Positions 34,854 through 45,178 are shown, counted from the stretch's first letter. The stretch: DNA of 64,000 nucleotides from Acidobacteriota bacterium (GCA_965219855.1 CBDCOR010000026.1:261940-325939); one strand, 5' to 3'. The notes: generated by a model from the sequence alone, not told the origin. Numbers and translations: made by a program.

Positions 34854-35316
34854 TCGAAATATGGCGCTGCGGCCCAACCCCTCAATCTGAGAGCTACCTA
34901 TCGAAGTTTCAGCTTAACCCCGCCACCGGCTGCGCCGGATCGTACCTGAAAGAAACTTCAGTCGAGGGACGTAGCGGTGGGCTCCAGGCCGCCGTCCGAG
35001 CCAAAGGCTCGGAAAAATGAGACTTCGGCCTGGAGGCCAAAGCTACATTCGCCAATGAAGTTTCAGGTTAGTGGCCCCCCGGCGTTGCTGCCGCATTCGA
35101 GAACGAAACTTTGGTTGTCTTTAGCCACGAACATCGATAGCAGCATGCCCATCCTACGCCGGTCACTGCTCGATCAAGTTTCAGCTTAGCCCCGCCTCCG
35201 GCTGCAGAATCGTACAGGAAAGAAACTTCTTGAGTCATAAACATGACCTAAAAATCACTGAATCAATGGGTTACACCCTTGCACCTCAGGAATGGCCAAA
35301 TCAAGTTTCAGCTCAA
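34791..35316 (+). repeat. Modular repeat array F: hairpin spacer, unit 34904-34958, S1, unit 35058-35111, S2, unit 35176-35228, S3, half unit 35303-35316
   Basis: Three full AAGTTTCAGSTTAR...GAAACTT units separated by 99, 64 and 74 bp spacers. Confidence 0.92.
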
Positions 35317-36564
35317 CGCGCTGGCTCGGTCATTTCCAAGGGGTAGACGCGATCCTTAAGTGGGAGATCTACTCGCTTTCCCGAAAAGTGTGAGGCATAG
35401 ACCCCTTGGACCACTTCCGTGATCTGAACGGCATGTTCGAGTCCCGAAAGGGGTGGGCGATCCTCTTGGATGGCATCAATCAGATCGTTGGCCAGGGTGT
35501 TGTTGAAGACTTGCCGCCAACGCTTGTTTTCTAGCTGGGGGTTGGGTTCGCCCTCAGGCGTGAAGTGCCAATCGTCAAGCACTAGCTTCTCCCATTGCAG
35601 ATTCTGATTGTCTGCCAGGACGGTAGGTGCGTCGTAAAGGTAGACATCGCCTGGCGAGCGGAGTTGGATCCGCTTCTTCTCGCACTCGAGCATTATGCCG
35701 AACAGATGTGTGAAGGGTCTGGTCTTTTTCCACGGATAGGCCCGCCGTGCTGTCGAAGAACACGCGCGTGCCGTTGTCGAAGCCGATGACAGCTGACACC
35801 GAATCCCCCGCGATGGGACCCAGGAATTCGGGCTCTGTCTGACGGTCCGTCCGGGTGATGTCTCGGCCATTTACCTGAACATTGCCGAACACCCAGCGAG
35901 GCCAGCCGGCAATCGTGAAGAGCAGCGTGAAGTGGTGGGTACCGTGGAGAATCAGCTCGTGGCCGCCTCCACGTGCGTCGTCCTTGGGGCGGATGTATGC
36001 CCGCAGCAGTTTTCCGTACTTGCCGGCGCGAATCTCGTGGATGATCTTCCGGACGGGAGGCGCGGCGGCCCACTGGTGTGCCATCGCCAACTTGATCCCG
36101 GCACGACGGCAAGCGGCGGCTATCCGGTCGGCCTTGGCAAGGGTGGAGACGAACGGTTTCTCGCAGAAGATGTGGGCACCGACCTCAGCCGCAGCCGAAA
36201 TCATTTCGACCCGCTGGTTCAGCCAGGATAGCCCGATGCACACGATGTCGGGCCTCACGACCTGCAACATCTGTCGATAGTCACCGAAAGTGGTTGCCAG
36301 ATTCAGCCGCGACGCTGTTTCCTTTCGACCTTCTGCCGAGGGGTCAGCCAAGGCCACAATCTCCGCCCGTTCAACACCCACGAACGCCGTGTCCAAACCG
36401 TGACCATTGTTCCCCCGCCCGGTAGAACCGATCACGGCGACGCGGTACTTTCGCTTCTTACGCGCCATCAGATCCTGGTCTTGGCCAATCATGGCGCCAC
36501 TCGCTAAGGGGATGGCAGCCCCGCTGAGTTTCAGAAACTGTCGTCGCCCAGTGCGATGAAGCAT
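35313..36564 (-). pseudogene. Tat-exported Gfo/Idh/MocA oxidoreductase, frameshift near 35730
   Basis: RRQFLK leader, HIFCEKP; C-terminus (DLIDAIQEDRPPLS, VDLPL) in another frame. Confidence 0.82.
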
Positions 36565-36578
36565 GGTTCTCTCTAGCG

Positions 36579-39500
36579 CTATTTGGCCCTGCCGACTGCC
36601 AGAGTGGGCTTGAGTCCGCCTCCCGTTGCGACGTAGGCGATCAGGTCCAGGATATCCTTGGAGGAAGCAGTGTTGAGCAGCCCTTCCGGCATCACGGAAA
36701 TCGTCGATTCCCACCTCTCCTTGATCCTGTCCTTGGCGATCTCTTCGGGCTCCTCGCTTTCCAGAGGGTTGGCTACCAGGCGAACCACATGCTTGTCCTC
36801 GTAGGTTACGACGCCGCTGAGGATGACACCTTTTTTCGTCGTGATTACCTGGACCTTATACTTCTCGTCTATGACAGCGGAGGGTTCGACGACCTCTTTG
36901 AGCAGAGCCAGCCGGTCGAGCTCTCCCGAGGCCAATTTCTCCGAAACCAGGGTGAGATCAGGACCCGTTTGACCTCCACTGCCGTTCATCTGATGGCACC
37001 GATTACAGGAGAGATCCGTGAACAAGTGGGCCCCATTCTCGAAGTTCCGGTCTGCGTCCAGACGTCCCAAGGATCCGACCAGGTCGCTTAGCTTCCAAGC
37101 CTTTACGAACTCCCTGGAGTCGATCTCGGTGGGCTCGGCCGCGGACAACACGTCTGCGGAGATCTTCTCAAGATCGTCGACGACGTGCATGGTCCCGACC
37201 ATGGTTCGCCAGTGACCTGGGAAGGTGCAGACGTAGGGGTAATCTCCCAATTCTCCAGGGGCCGTGAATTGAAGCTTCTCCAGCTGCTGGGGTTGGAGCA
37301 GCTTGGTGGCGTAGAGGACGTTTCGCGTCTTGGGCACGAACTGCAACTCGAAGGCATCGGGACGCGTCGCCATCCGCTCGGCGGCCATACCCACTTCGAC
37401 CAGCGAACCGGGCGTGGTGATCAGCAGGTTGTGGGGCATGATATCGATGTTCTCGAACACGATCTCGACTGGGCGTCCCGCCTCGACGAAGATTTCCTTC
37501 CGATCGTATTGCATCCGGTTCGGGAGGGGTTTGATGGCGATCACCGTAACGGCCAGATCCGCCAATCGGTCCCGATATCCGCCGGACTGATCGGAAGGAA
37601 GCAGGTCTGCGAGCTCCCCTGCTAGCTTGGCCGCATTCAGGGCATCCTCTGAGGTGCGACGCCGAGGCGGAAGCGAGGCCAGGTGATCCACGATTCCTGC
37701 TAGCAGTGGGAGAAGATCTTGTTGGGAGATCCTTTCCCTGGTCAGCTTCTGAACCGCTTTAATGGCTGCTACACGCATCCTGTCCGAGGAGATGAGCTCC
37801 GCCAGCAAATGAAGCGATTTGGCCTGATAACTGGGGATCGAGGGCAGCGCCTCGATGGCAGCCGTGCGGACGACTTCGGCGCGGGACCTTGACTTTGCCG
37901 TCCTCCCAGCCAGCTGAGGAGGAAAGTGGCGGAGGAGCCCCTCCAGTCTCGGGTGATTCAGGGAACGCAACCGAGGATCCGAGATGAGGGGGATACTCTC
38001 GGCCAGGTCCTGCAGCGCTTGGAGTGAGCCCGAGGAGCGCTTCCACGAGTCTTCCACTCCCTGATCTGCGACGATCAGGGCCACGTTGGCAAGCCGGTGC
38101 GTTGGCGCTAGCCTTGCAGAGCCCGCGAGCCGCTCCAGGTCGCCGCGGTTGGAATTCAGCTCCGCACCAGATCGCCGTTCCAGAAGCCGGCCCAGATCCA
38201 GCAGGACCGGCTCAGCCTGGGATAGGTCTCCTCCATCGACCAGTTGAATGGCCGAAAGAAGCTCCAATATCTCACTCGACTGATTCAGCCCGGCCAGCCC
38301 GCTCAGAGCCTCCAGTCGGTACTGCTCTCTTATTCCGGCAGTAGAGAGCAAAGCCGTGTAGACAGACCGATTCCGTGACGCTTTCTGGAGCTCGCCGGGG
38401 CTCAGGCGCTCCAGCAGATACTCCGTCCCTTTCGGGTTGTCCGGCAGGAAGGACTGGCCCGAGGTAAGGATCGGGTGCCAATGAGGCTTGAGCGTCTGGA
38501 TCGTTTCTCCCAGCGTGTAGTTGAGATAATCGTCCATGGGGTGCCGCACGACTTCCAATGCGACATCGGCAGCCCGCGGACTTTCGAAGAAACTGGAGGC
38601 TCGCACTGCCTCCAGCCGGACTCGTGGATGGTCGTCCCCTGCCTGGAACAGGAGCAGATCGAGCGCATCTTCGATCTGATCGCGCCAGTAAGCCAGGACG
38701 CGAGTGGCTGCGGCTCTTGCCCGATAATCCGATGAGCGCAGTAACTGTTTCAGGAGCCGGGTGTTGACGGCGTTATGATGCTGATGCACCCAGAGTGCCT
38801 CCAGACGGTGGTGTTCGTAGTCCTTGTCCGTTGGGTCGAGGCCCTCAATCCATGCTTTCAGCGCGGCAACGACCTTTTCTCGATCGTGCTCTCTCAACTC
38901 CAACCTCACCCGGTAGCGCGTCCGGTCTTCATAAGTCTTCAGCAGCTCTAAGAGCGCCTCGATTGGCTCGCCCGCGATCTTGGCAGGCTGCAGCAGGGGC
39001 CTGCTAGGATAGGTGATTCTCCAGACCCGGCCATGAGTCGCATCTCGGTTGGGGTCTCGAAGGTTGTGCTGCATGTGGCCGACCAGGGGATTGAACCAGT
39101 CAACCACGTAGAGCGCCCCATCTGGACCGAACTGCAAATCGGTGGGGCGAAAGTTTCGGTCGGAGGAAAATAGGATTGGCTCGATCTCGGTTCCCACAAA
39201 ACCGGACCCCTCCTCCTTGACCCGGTGCTGCAGAATTCCCTGGAAACCGATGACGTTGTTCAGCAAGAAGTTCCCCTGAGCCGAAGGAGGAAAGTGGCGG
39301 CTGGAGACGAACTCGCATCCCGCGGTTGGACGTACTCGCTTGACGATGAACTGCTTCATCTGGGAGCGATAGGTGTATTTAAAGGGACCGAAGTCGGGCT
39401 GACCGGTAAAGGGGGAAGCCTTTCCGGAGAAGGCCGTGCCAAAGTAGTTGCGTCCGCCAGAGGCGTCGGCTACGAAGTTCTGTCCCCAGGCATTGAAGAC

Positions 39501-41132
39501 GTGTCCCCAGGGATTGGCAAAGTTGTAGGAGACGAAAGTCTCGAAGTTCTGTGTCGTAGCATCGTAGCGATAGACACCGCCGTGAGCGTTTCGCACCGGG
39601 CCCGAATGGGTTTCGACCGAGGTGTGATGGAAGGTGCCCTCGTGCATGTAGAGACCGCCGCCCGGGCCCCAGGTGAAAGCGCCGATGGAGTGATGCGAGT
39701 CGGCGGAGTCGAAACCATGAAGGATCAGCTTCCGGACGTCAGCCTTGTCGTCACCATCGGTATCCCGCAGGAACATGAGGTTCGGCTGCTGTGAGATGTA
39801 GACGCCCCCATCGCCCAGCTCGAAGCCGGTAGGGACGTGCAGGCCGTCCGCGAAGACGGTGAGCTTGTCAGCTCGGCCGTCGTGGTCGCTGTCCTCCAGG
39901 ATGAGCAGCCGGTCGCTGGGACGGTTGGGGGGCTGGAACATCGGGTAATCGGGCATCGTCAAGATCCAGAGCCGACCCTTGCTGTCGAAGGTCAGCTGGA
40001 CCGGATTCTTCAGCTCTGGGAACTCCGACTCGCTGGCAAAGAGATTGGCGGCGTATCCGGGAGCCAGTTTGAAATGCTTCCGGGCCTGCTCCGGCGGCAG
40101 GATCTCGATCGGCTCTTTGAAGTTGGTGGGGACGTCGTACAAAGGCCTGGTTTCGCTGTCATCGATTTCGGCTCTGACGGGTAGTCCCTGGGTGACTTTC
40201 CAGACGCGCTTGTCTCTGGCCGCAGCAATATCGTCTAGCTTGCCTCGCTCATTCTCAAGCACGTAGGCATCGGTGAAGGGAGGATTGCCGTGATCTCGCT
40301 GGGATCGGCCTCCATAGATGTAGTAGCCGTTGACGGCCCGGTAGCGGTGAAAGAAAAAGAGATTCTTCTCATTCACTTCGGCCCGAAGCTTCGCAGCTGC
40401 GGTTTCGATGTTGGGGTGGGCGCCGAAGAGCGCCTGGTCCAGGAGCGGCGCCACCTCGGCATAGCCCGACTCGCTCAAATGCACTCCGTTGATGGTCAGC
40501 GGCTGGGTGGAGTTGTTCATCCGATCACGTGAGGGCTCGAACAGATCGACGAACGGCACCTCATACTCATAGGCGATCTCGGCCATGGCTCTGGTGTAGA
40601 GCTCCAGGTTGTGGTTGTTCTGGGTGCCGTCTGGAAGGTTGGCATTCCCCAGATCCTCATGGGCGATCGGTGAAATCAGAGCCATTCGAGGAGCGGATTC
40701 GCCGTTGTATCTACGATCTCTGGTATGCCGGATGAAATCGATCAGTTCTGTCTTGAAATCTTCCAGTCCTTCAGGTCCTGCGAAGGACTCGTTGAAGCCG
40801 AAGAAGGCGAGTATGACGTCGGTCTGCGCCATCGAGAGATGGTCGTCGGGGCTCCCCCAGTTCAAGGATCGAGACCTGAAGGCAATCTCGTCGGCGGAGT
40901 AACCGAGGTTCCTGACGACGAGCTGGTGTCGGGGAAACCGGGCGTGCAAAAGCGTCTCGAAGTACCCGAAGTACTGCATTCGCTCCGCCAGCGTGTTGCC
41001 TATGATTGAGATGTGGTCGCCTTCGCGGATCTCGAGAGTCGCTTCGCGGCTGAGACAGGAGCTCAGGAGGAGAAGGCCCAGGACAATAACCGCTCCACGG
41101 ACGCACGGAATTGGAGGTAGGACCCTTCTCAT
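36579..41132 (-). CDS. PVC-type heme-binding CxxCH protein (SGNH + beta-propeller + HEAT + cupredoxin + cytochrome c)
   Basis: GNTLAER, FGFNES, GVHL; GPDGALY; MPHN...CTFPGHWRTM copper site; CNRCH; SVMPEGL. Confidence 0.9.
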   Translation of the reverse strand: MRRVLPPIPCVRGAVIVLGLLLLSSCLSREATLEIREGDHISIIGNTLAERMQYFGYFETLLHARFPRHQLVVRNLGYSADEIAFRSRSLNWGSPDDHLSMAQTDVILAFFGFNESFAGPEGLEDFKTELIDFIRHTRDRRYNGESAPRMALISPIAHEDLGNANLPDGTQNNHNLELYTRAMAEIAYEYEVPFVDLFEPSRDRMNNSTQPLTINGVHLSESGYAEVAPLLDQALFGAHPNIETAAAKLRAEVNEKNLFFFHRYRAVNGYYIYGGRSQRDHGNPPFTDAYVLENERGKLDDIAAARDKRVWKVTQGLPVRAEIDDSETRPLYDVPTNFKEPIEILPPEQARKHFKLAPGYAANLFASESEFPELKNPVQLTFDSKGRLWILTMPDYPMFQPPNRPSDRLLILEDSDHDGRADKLTVFADGLHVPTGFELGDGGVYISQQPNLMFLRDTDGDDKADVRKLILHGFDSADSHHSIGAFTWGPGGGLYMHEGTFHHTSVETHSGPVRNAHGGVYRYDATTQNFETFVSYNFANPWGHVFNAWGQNFVADASGGRNYFGTAFSGKASPFTGQPDFGPFKYTYRSQMKQFIVKRVRPTAGCEFVSSRHFPPSAQGNFLLNNVIGFQGILQHRVKEEGSGFVGTEIEPILFSSDRNFRPTDLQFGPDGALYVVDWFNPLVGHMQHNLRDPNRDATHGRVWRITYPSRPLLQPAKIAGEPIEALLELLKTYEDRTRYRVRLELREHDREKVVAALKAWIEGLDPTDKDYEHHRLEALWVHQHHNAVNTRLLKQLLRSSDYRARAAATRVLAYWRDQIEDALDLLLFQAGDDHPRVRLEAVRASSFFESPRAADVALEVVRHPMDDYLNYTLGETIQTLKPHWHPILTSGQSFLPDNPKGTEYLLERLSPGELQKASRNRSVYTALLSTAGIREQYRLEALSGLAGLNQSSEILELLSAIQLVDGGDLSQAEPVLLDLGRLLERRSGAELNSNRGDLERLAGSARLAPTHRLANVALIVADQGVEDSWKRSSGSLQALQDLAESIPLISDPRLRSLNHPRLEGLLRHFPPQLAGRTAKSRSRAEVVRTAAIEALPSIPSYQAKSLHLLAELISSDRMRVAAIKAVQKLTRERISQQDLLPLLAGIVDHLASLPPRRRTSEDALNAAKLAGELADLLPSDQSGGYRDRLADLAVTVIAIKPLPNRMQYDRKEIFVEAGRPVEIVFENIDIMPHNLLITTPGSLVEVGMAAERMATRPDAFELQFVPKTRNVLYATKLLQPQQLEKLQFTAPGELGDYPYVCTFPGHWRTMVGTMHVVDDLEKISADVLSAAEPTEIDSREFVKAWKLSDLVGSLGRLDADRNFENGAHLFTDLSCNRCHQMNGSGGQTGPDLTLVSEKLASGELDRLALLKEVVEPSAVIDEKYKVQVITTKKGVILSGVVTYEDKHVVRLVANPLESEEPEEIAKDRIKERWESTISVMPEGLLNTASSKDILDLIAYVATGGGLKPTLAVGRAK

Positions 41133-41265
41133 CTTCGCTTCTCGATCGTGAATGTGTCGAGGGAGTGTAGCGGTCCAGCGCTCGAGAGGTCAATCTACGG
41201 GACGGTGGATCTCTTCGAATGTAGAGATCTGGATAGGAAATTTTAGAAGGGATTGTCTGGAAACC

Positions 41266-41371
41266 GTGGCGGTGGCCTCCGGGCCGCCGTTTTTCGAGCC
41301 AAAGGCTCGAAGGAAACAACACGGCGGCCCGGAGGCCGCCACCACGTCTCTCGACTGACGTTTCTTTCTCG
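41266..41371. repeat. Palindromic S1 variant followed by a repeat half (H)
   Basis: GTGGCGGTGGCCTCCGGGCCGCCGT...CGAGCCAAAGGCTCG...ACGGCGGCCCGGAGGCCGCCACCAC, then CTCGACTGACGTTTCTTTCTCG. Confidence 0.8.
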
Positions 41372-41491
41372 GCTGGTGCCAGCGCGGTTGGCAAAGGGAC
41401 TGCTCTGCGCCCATCTTTCCTTGACCGACTTCCCAGGCCTGCATAGAATGAGCTCCGGTCAAGTATTGAAGTCCCTCTCTTCAGAGTACTG

Positions 41492-42310
41492 ATGTCCTTC
41501 GTTATTTTCACGATTGTTCTATGGATGCTTCTACTGCCTGCCCACCCACAGGAGGCAGGCTCCAAGAACAAGAACCCGAGGCTGGGAGATCCGGTTGCCA
41601 TCGCTGGGGGCCGGGCGCTGTTCCGGATCTATTGCTCCTTCTGCCATGGTCTGAAAGCCGAGGGAGGCCTGACCGGTCCCGAACTGACCCGTCCCGACTT
41701 GACCCACAGCTCCACGGATCAACAGATGTTTCAGGTGATCAGTCAGGGCGTCCTGGGTACGGATATGCCCCCCTACGACCTACCCGAGGATCAGATCTGG
41801 CAAATCATGGCTTTTCTCGCTCAAACTCGTTCGGAGAGGCAGGCTGTCGGAGCGGATGGCGACTGGCAAGTTGGGAAGACCCTCTACTTTGGCAAGGGCT
41901 TGTGCGCGAGCTGCCACATGGTGGGTGGCGAGGGGGGGCGTCTGGGTCCCGACCTGACACGAATTGGGGCGATGCGCTCCCTGGAGGATCTGCGGGAATC
42001 CATCAGAGATCCCAGCGCCGATTTCAGGACACGGACCATCCTCGATCGGCCCTGGACCAACTATGAGCCGGTCACCCTGGTCGCTGCAGACGGTAGGATT
42101 ACCGGTGTGATCAGAAACGAGGATACCTTCACGATCCAGATCATGGATCAGAAGGAGGCCCTTCACAGCCGACAGAAGAGTTCGCTCAAGGAGATCGTTC
42201 GACTTGACCACTCGTTGATGCCCGCGTACTCGAGAAGCATGCTTTCCGATACAGAGCTGCGCGATTTGTTGACGTTTCTTGCCCAGCAACAACCCGGGAA
42301 GAAGGATTGA
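41492..42310 (+). CDS. Diheme c-type cytochrome
   Basis: Signal peptide, CSFCH, CASCH, GPDLT, SLMP. Confidence 0.9.
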   Translation: MSFVIFTIVLWMLLLPAHPQEAGSKNKNPRLGDPVAIAGGRALFRIYCSFCHGLKAEGGLTGPELTRPDLTHSSTDQQMFQVISQGVLGTDMPPYDLPEDQIWQIMAFLAQTRSERQAVGADGDWQVGKTLYFGKGLCASCHMVGGEGGRLGPDLTRIGAMRSLEDLRESIRDPSADFRTRTILDRPWTNYEPVTLVAADGRITGVIRNEDTFTIQIMDQKEALHSRQKSSLKEIVRLDHSLMPAYSRSMLSDTELRDLLTFLAQQQPGKKD

Positions 42311-43956
42311 TGAGAGGCTATCTATCCATGGGGCCTGCGAACTCCGCAGGATGCCGACGTCCGCTTCGAGTGTGGATCCTGATGCTGCTGGTAACCGGGT
42401 TGGCCGGGGCTTCGTGGCTGGAGGCCCAAGTCACATCCGAGCGACTGGTAAAGGCCCTCGATGAGCCCTCCAACTGGCTTCACTATCGGGGGGACTACAG
42501 CGGTCAGAATCACCGTCCTCTGGATCAGATCACCACAGAAAACGTGAAGAATCTGAAGGTCAAGTGGGTCTTCCAGACCGGCGATGGGAACAAGGCAAGG
42601 TTCGAGACGGTGCCCCTGGTTCTGGACGAGGTCATGTACCTCACCGCTGCCCACAACAACGGGTATGCCCTGGACGCCAGGACCGGGAGAGTCTTGTGGC
42701 GATATCAGCGGCAGATCCCCTCACAGAGCCGCTGCTGCGGACCCATCAACCGGGGCTTCGCCATACTCGGTGAGAAACTCTACATGGCGACCCTGGACGG
42801 CCATCTGGTCGCCCTCGACAGAAGGACAGGAAACGTCCTCTGGGATGTTGAAGTGGGCGACTACCGGAAAGGATACAGTTCCACGCTGGCTCCGCTGGTG
42901 GTGAAGGACAAGGTGATCGTGGGAACCTCCGGAGGCGAGTACGGCGTCCGCGGTATTCTGGACGCTTACGATGCTGAGTCCGGAGAGCGTGAATGGCGCT
43001 TCTGGACCATTCCCGCTCCCGGAGAGCCGGGCTCCGATACCTGGGCAGGAGATTCCTGGAAGACTGGGGGGGCTCCGACCTGGATGACCGGGACCTATGA
43101 TCCGGAGCTCGATCTTCTCTATTGGTGTGCGGGCAACCCGGCCCCGGATTTCGACGGTAAGGATCGGCTCGGAGACAATCTGTACTCGAACACCGTGCTG
43201 GCGCTGGATCCGGACGATGGCAAGCTGCGCTGGCACTATCAGTTCACGCCCCATGACGTTCACGACTGGGATGCGAATGAGGTGCCGGTGCTTCTGGATC
43301 GGGAGTTCCAGGGAAAAAAGAGGAAGCTGCTGGTACAGGCCAACCGGAACGGCTTCTACTATGTCCTGGACCGGGAAACGGGAGAGTTTCTCCTGGGCAA
43401 GCCGTTCGCCCGGATGACCTGGGCCTCGGGAATTGGATCAGATGGGCGCCCCCAGGTGCTTCCCGATACCGATCCCACCGAGGAGGGCAACTACCAGTGT
43501 CCAGGCGTCGGTGGAGCTACCAACTGGATGGCTCCTGCCTATAATCCCGATAGCGGGTTGCTGAATGTCACCATCCGGGAGGAGTGTACGACCTACTACA
43601 CCTCCGAGCAGGAGTTTCAGGAAGGACACTTCTTCACCGGCAGCACCTTCCAGGTACCCGACGAGGACACCTGGGGAGGTGTCAAGGCCCTGGACCCGAC
43701 CTCAGGAGAGACTCGCTGGGAGTTCAGATTCTATGCTCCCTCCTGGGGAGGGATCCTTTCGACCGCCGGCGGACTCCTGTTCACCGGGGATATGCAGGGC
43801 TATTTCATGGCCCTTGACGCCAAGACCGGTAAGGACCTTTGGCGATTCCAGACGGGAGGAGCCATCATCTCGGCTCCCATCACCTACCTGATGGACGGAA
43901 AACAGGTCCTTGCTATCGCGGCGGGCAGTTCTCTATTCACCTTCGGGCTGGACTGA
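42307..43956 (+). CDS. PQQ-dependent dehydrogenase, methanol/ethanol family (start uncertain)
   Basis: Vicinal CC (RCCGPINRG), GGEYG, GNPAP, HDVHDWD, Trp-docking repeats. Confidence 0.92.
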   Translation: MMRGYLSMGPANSAGCRRPLRVWILMLLVTGLAGASWLEAQVTSERLVKALDEPSNWLHYRGDYSGQNHRPLDQITTENVKNLKVKWVFQTGDGNKARFETVPLVLDEVMYLTAAHNNGYALDARTGRVLWRYQRQIPSQSRCCGPINRGFAILGEKLYMATLDGHLVALDRRTGNVLWDVEVGDYRKGYSSTLAPLVVKDKVIVGTSGGEYGVRGILDAYDAESGEREWRFWTIPAPGEPGSDTWAGDSWKTGGAPTWMTGTYDPELDLLYWCAGNPAPDFDGKDRLGDNLYSNTVLALDPDDGKLRWHYQFTPHDVHDWDANEVPVLLDREFQGKKRKLLVQANRNGFYYVLDRETGEFLLGKPFARMTWASGIGSDGRPQVLPDTDPTEEGNYQCPGVGGATNWMAPAYNPDSGLLNVTIREECTTYYTSEQEFQEGHFFTGSTFQVPDEDTWGGVKALDPTSGETRWEFRFYAPSWGGILSTAGGLLFTGDMQGYFMALDAKTGKDLWRFQTGGAIISAPITYLMDGKQVLAIAAGSSLFTFGLD

Positions 43957-44014
43957 AGTAGTCCATGTCGCCCTTCTGCTTAGTGGCGGCCGCCCCAACC
44001 ATAGGGAGTAAAAA

Positions 44015-44779
44015 ATGACAGATTCAAAGAAGAAAGTACTCATCACCGGGGCTAGTGGAGACATCGGTGGCCTCACCTGGAGGAATCTGGGACACAAATA
44101 CGAATTCAGCGGACTCAATCGGAGCCATGTAGAGGGGATCCCGAACACCAGGGCCAGCATCGCCAACTTCGAGGCCATTCTACCGGCCTTCGAAGGAATG
44201 GATATGGTGCTTCATCTCTCAGCCGAGAACCGAAATGTCCACAGCTGGGAAGGCAACCTGGAGATCAACATCAAGGGCTGCCGCAACGTCTACGAGGCCG
44301 CACGAATTCAGGGCGTCAAGCGCGTCGTCTACGCCAGCAGCGGCGCGGTCTCCTGAGGCCCCCATCTCTCCCCTTACAAGGAAATCGTGGCGGGCGAATA
44401 TGGCAAGGTTCCCGAAAAATGGGACATGTTGGACCAGACTTCGTCCTACTGGCCTTATGATCTATACGGGGTTACCAAGGCATTCAGTGAGGTATTGGGT
44501 CGCATGTACGCCGCTGAGTGGAACATGTCGATCATCTGTCTGAGGATCGGCGCCCTGTTGAAGAGCAACCGTCCGGAGATCCAGCGTCACGTGTCGGGCT
44601 GGCTCAGTCACGGGGACTGCGTCCAGATGATCGATCTGTGCTTGAGTGCTCCAGAGTCGCTACGATTCGATATCTTCGACACGGTTTCCAACAACAAGTG
44701 GGCCATCCGAGACACCACCCACGCGCAAGAGGTGTTGGGGTACAAGCCGCAGGACAGCTCGGATGGCTTTACGTTTTGA
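44015..44779 (+). pseudogene. NAD-dependent epimerase/uronate dehydrogenase-like, disrupted near 44354
   Basis: ITGASGDIG, VVYASS, TGA at 44354; YGVTKAF and LRIG downstream. Confidence 0.82.
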
Positions 44780-44781
44780 TT

Positions 44782-44817
44782 CGTCTGAACGTCTGAACGT
44801 CTGAACGTCTGAACGTC
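44782..44817 (+). repeat. Octamer tandem repeat (CGTCTGAA) x4.5
   Basis: Read directly; same motif occurs inside spacer S0. Confidence 0.9.
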
Positions 44818-44835
44818 GGCCGGCGGCGCTGACTC

Positions 44836-45178
44836 CTAGAACTTGTAGGCGAAGAGTTTCGCTTGAAACATCTTGACGCAGATCGCTCCGGCGTCGCCGA
44901 TCCCTGAAATGTCGCTCTTGCCCTTCCAGGTCACGACTCGGTCGGATTCATCACCCGTCAGGCGCTCGCAGTCGGCGAAGCTGAATCCCTCAACGGGACC
45001 CAGATCGGCCTGGTTCATGGAGGGACTCTTGCGCAGGAGCTCCACCTGTATCCAGCCGCCTACCGCGCAGCGATAGTTCAACCTCAGCTGATTCCCGTGG
45101 CGGTAGATGGTCGGTATCGTGAACCGGCCTTCGCTCTCTGCCTCCATTCCAATGAAGCGGTGCGGACCCCAGAGGGCG
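44836..45178 (-). pseudogene. C-terminal fragment of an uncharacterised beta-propeller glycoside-hydrolase-like protein
   Basis: ALWGPHRFIGMEA, LRLN, IQVEL, EGFSFADCERLTGD, VTWKG. Confidence 0.65.

Noticed and set aside
33258-34877. 539-aa minus-strand ORF and other long antisense ORFs over IS elements and GC-rich genes
   Set aside because: Shadow ORFs with no recognisable motifs
34904-35316. CRISPR array
   Set aside because: Repeat cores vary, spacers are long (64-99 bp), structured and reused at other loci, and no cas genes are present
33078-35316. Integron attC cassette array
   Set aside because: CTAAC/GTTAG resemble core sites, but they are not paired as RYYYAAC...GTTRRRY around one site; spacers carry no ORFs and there is no intI
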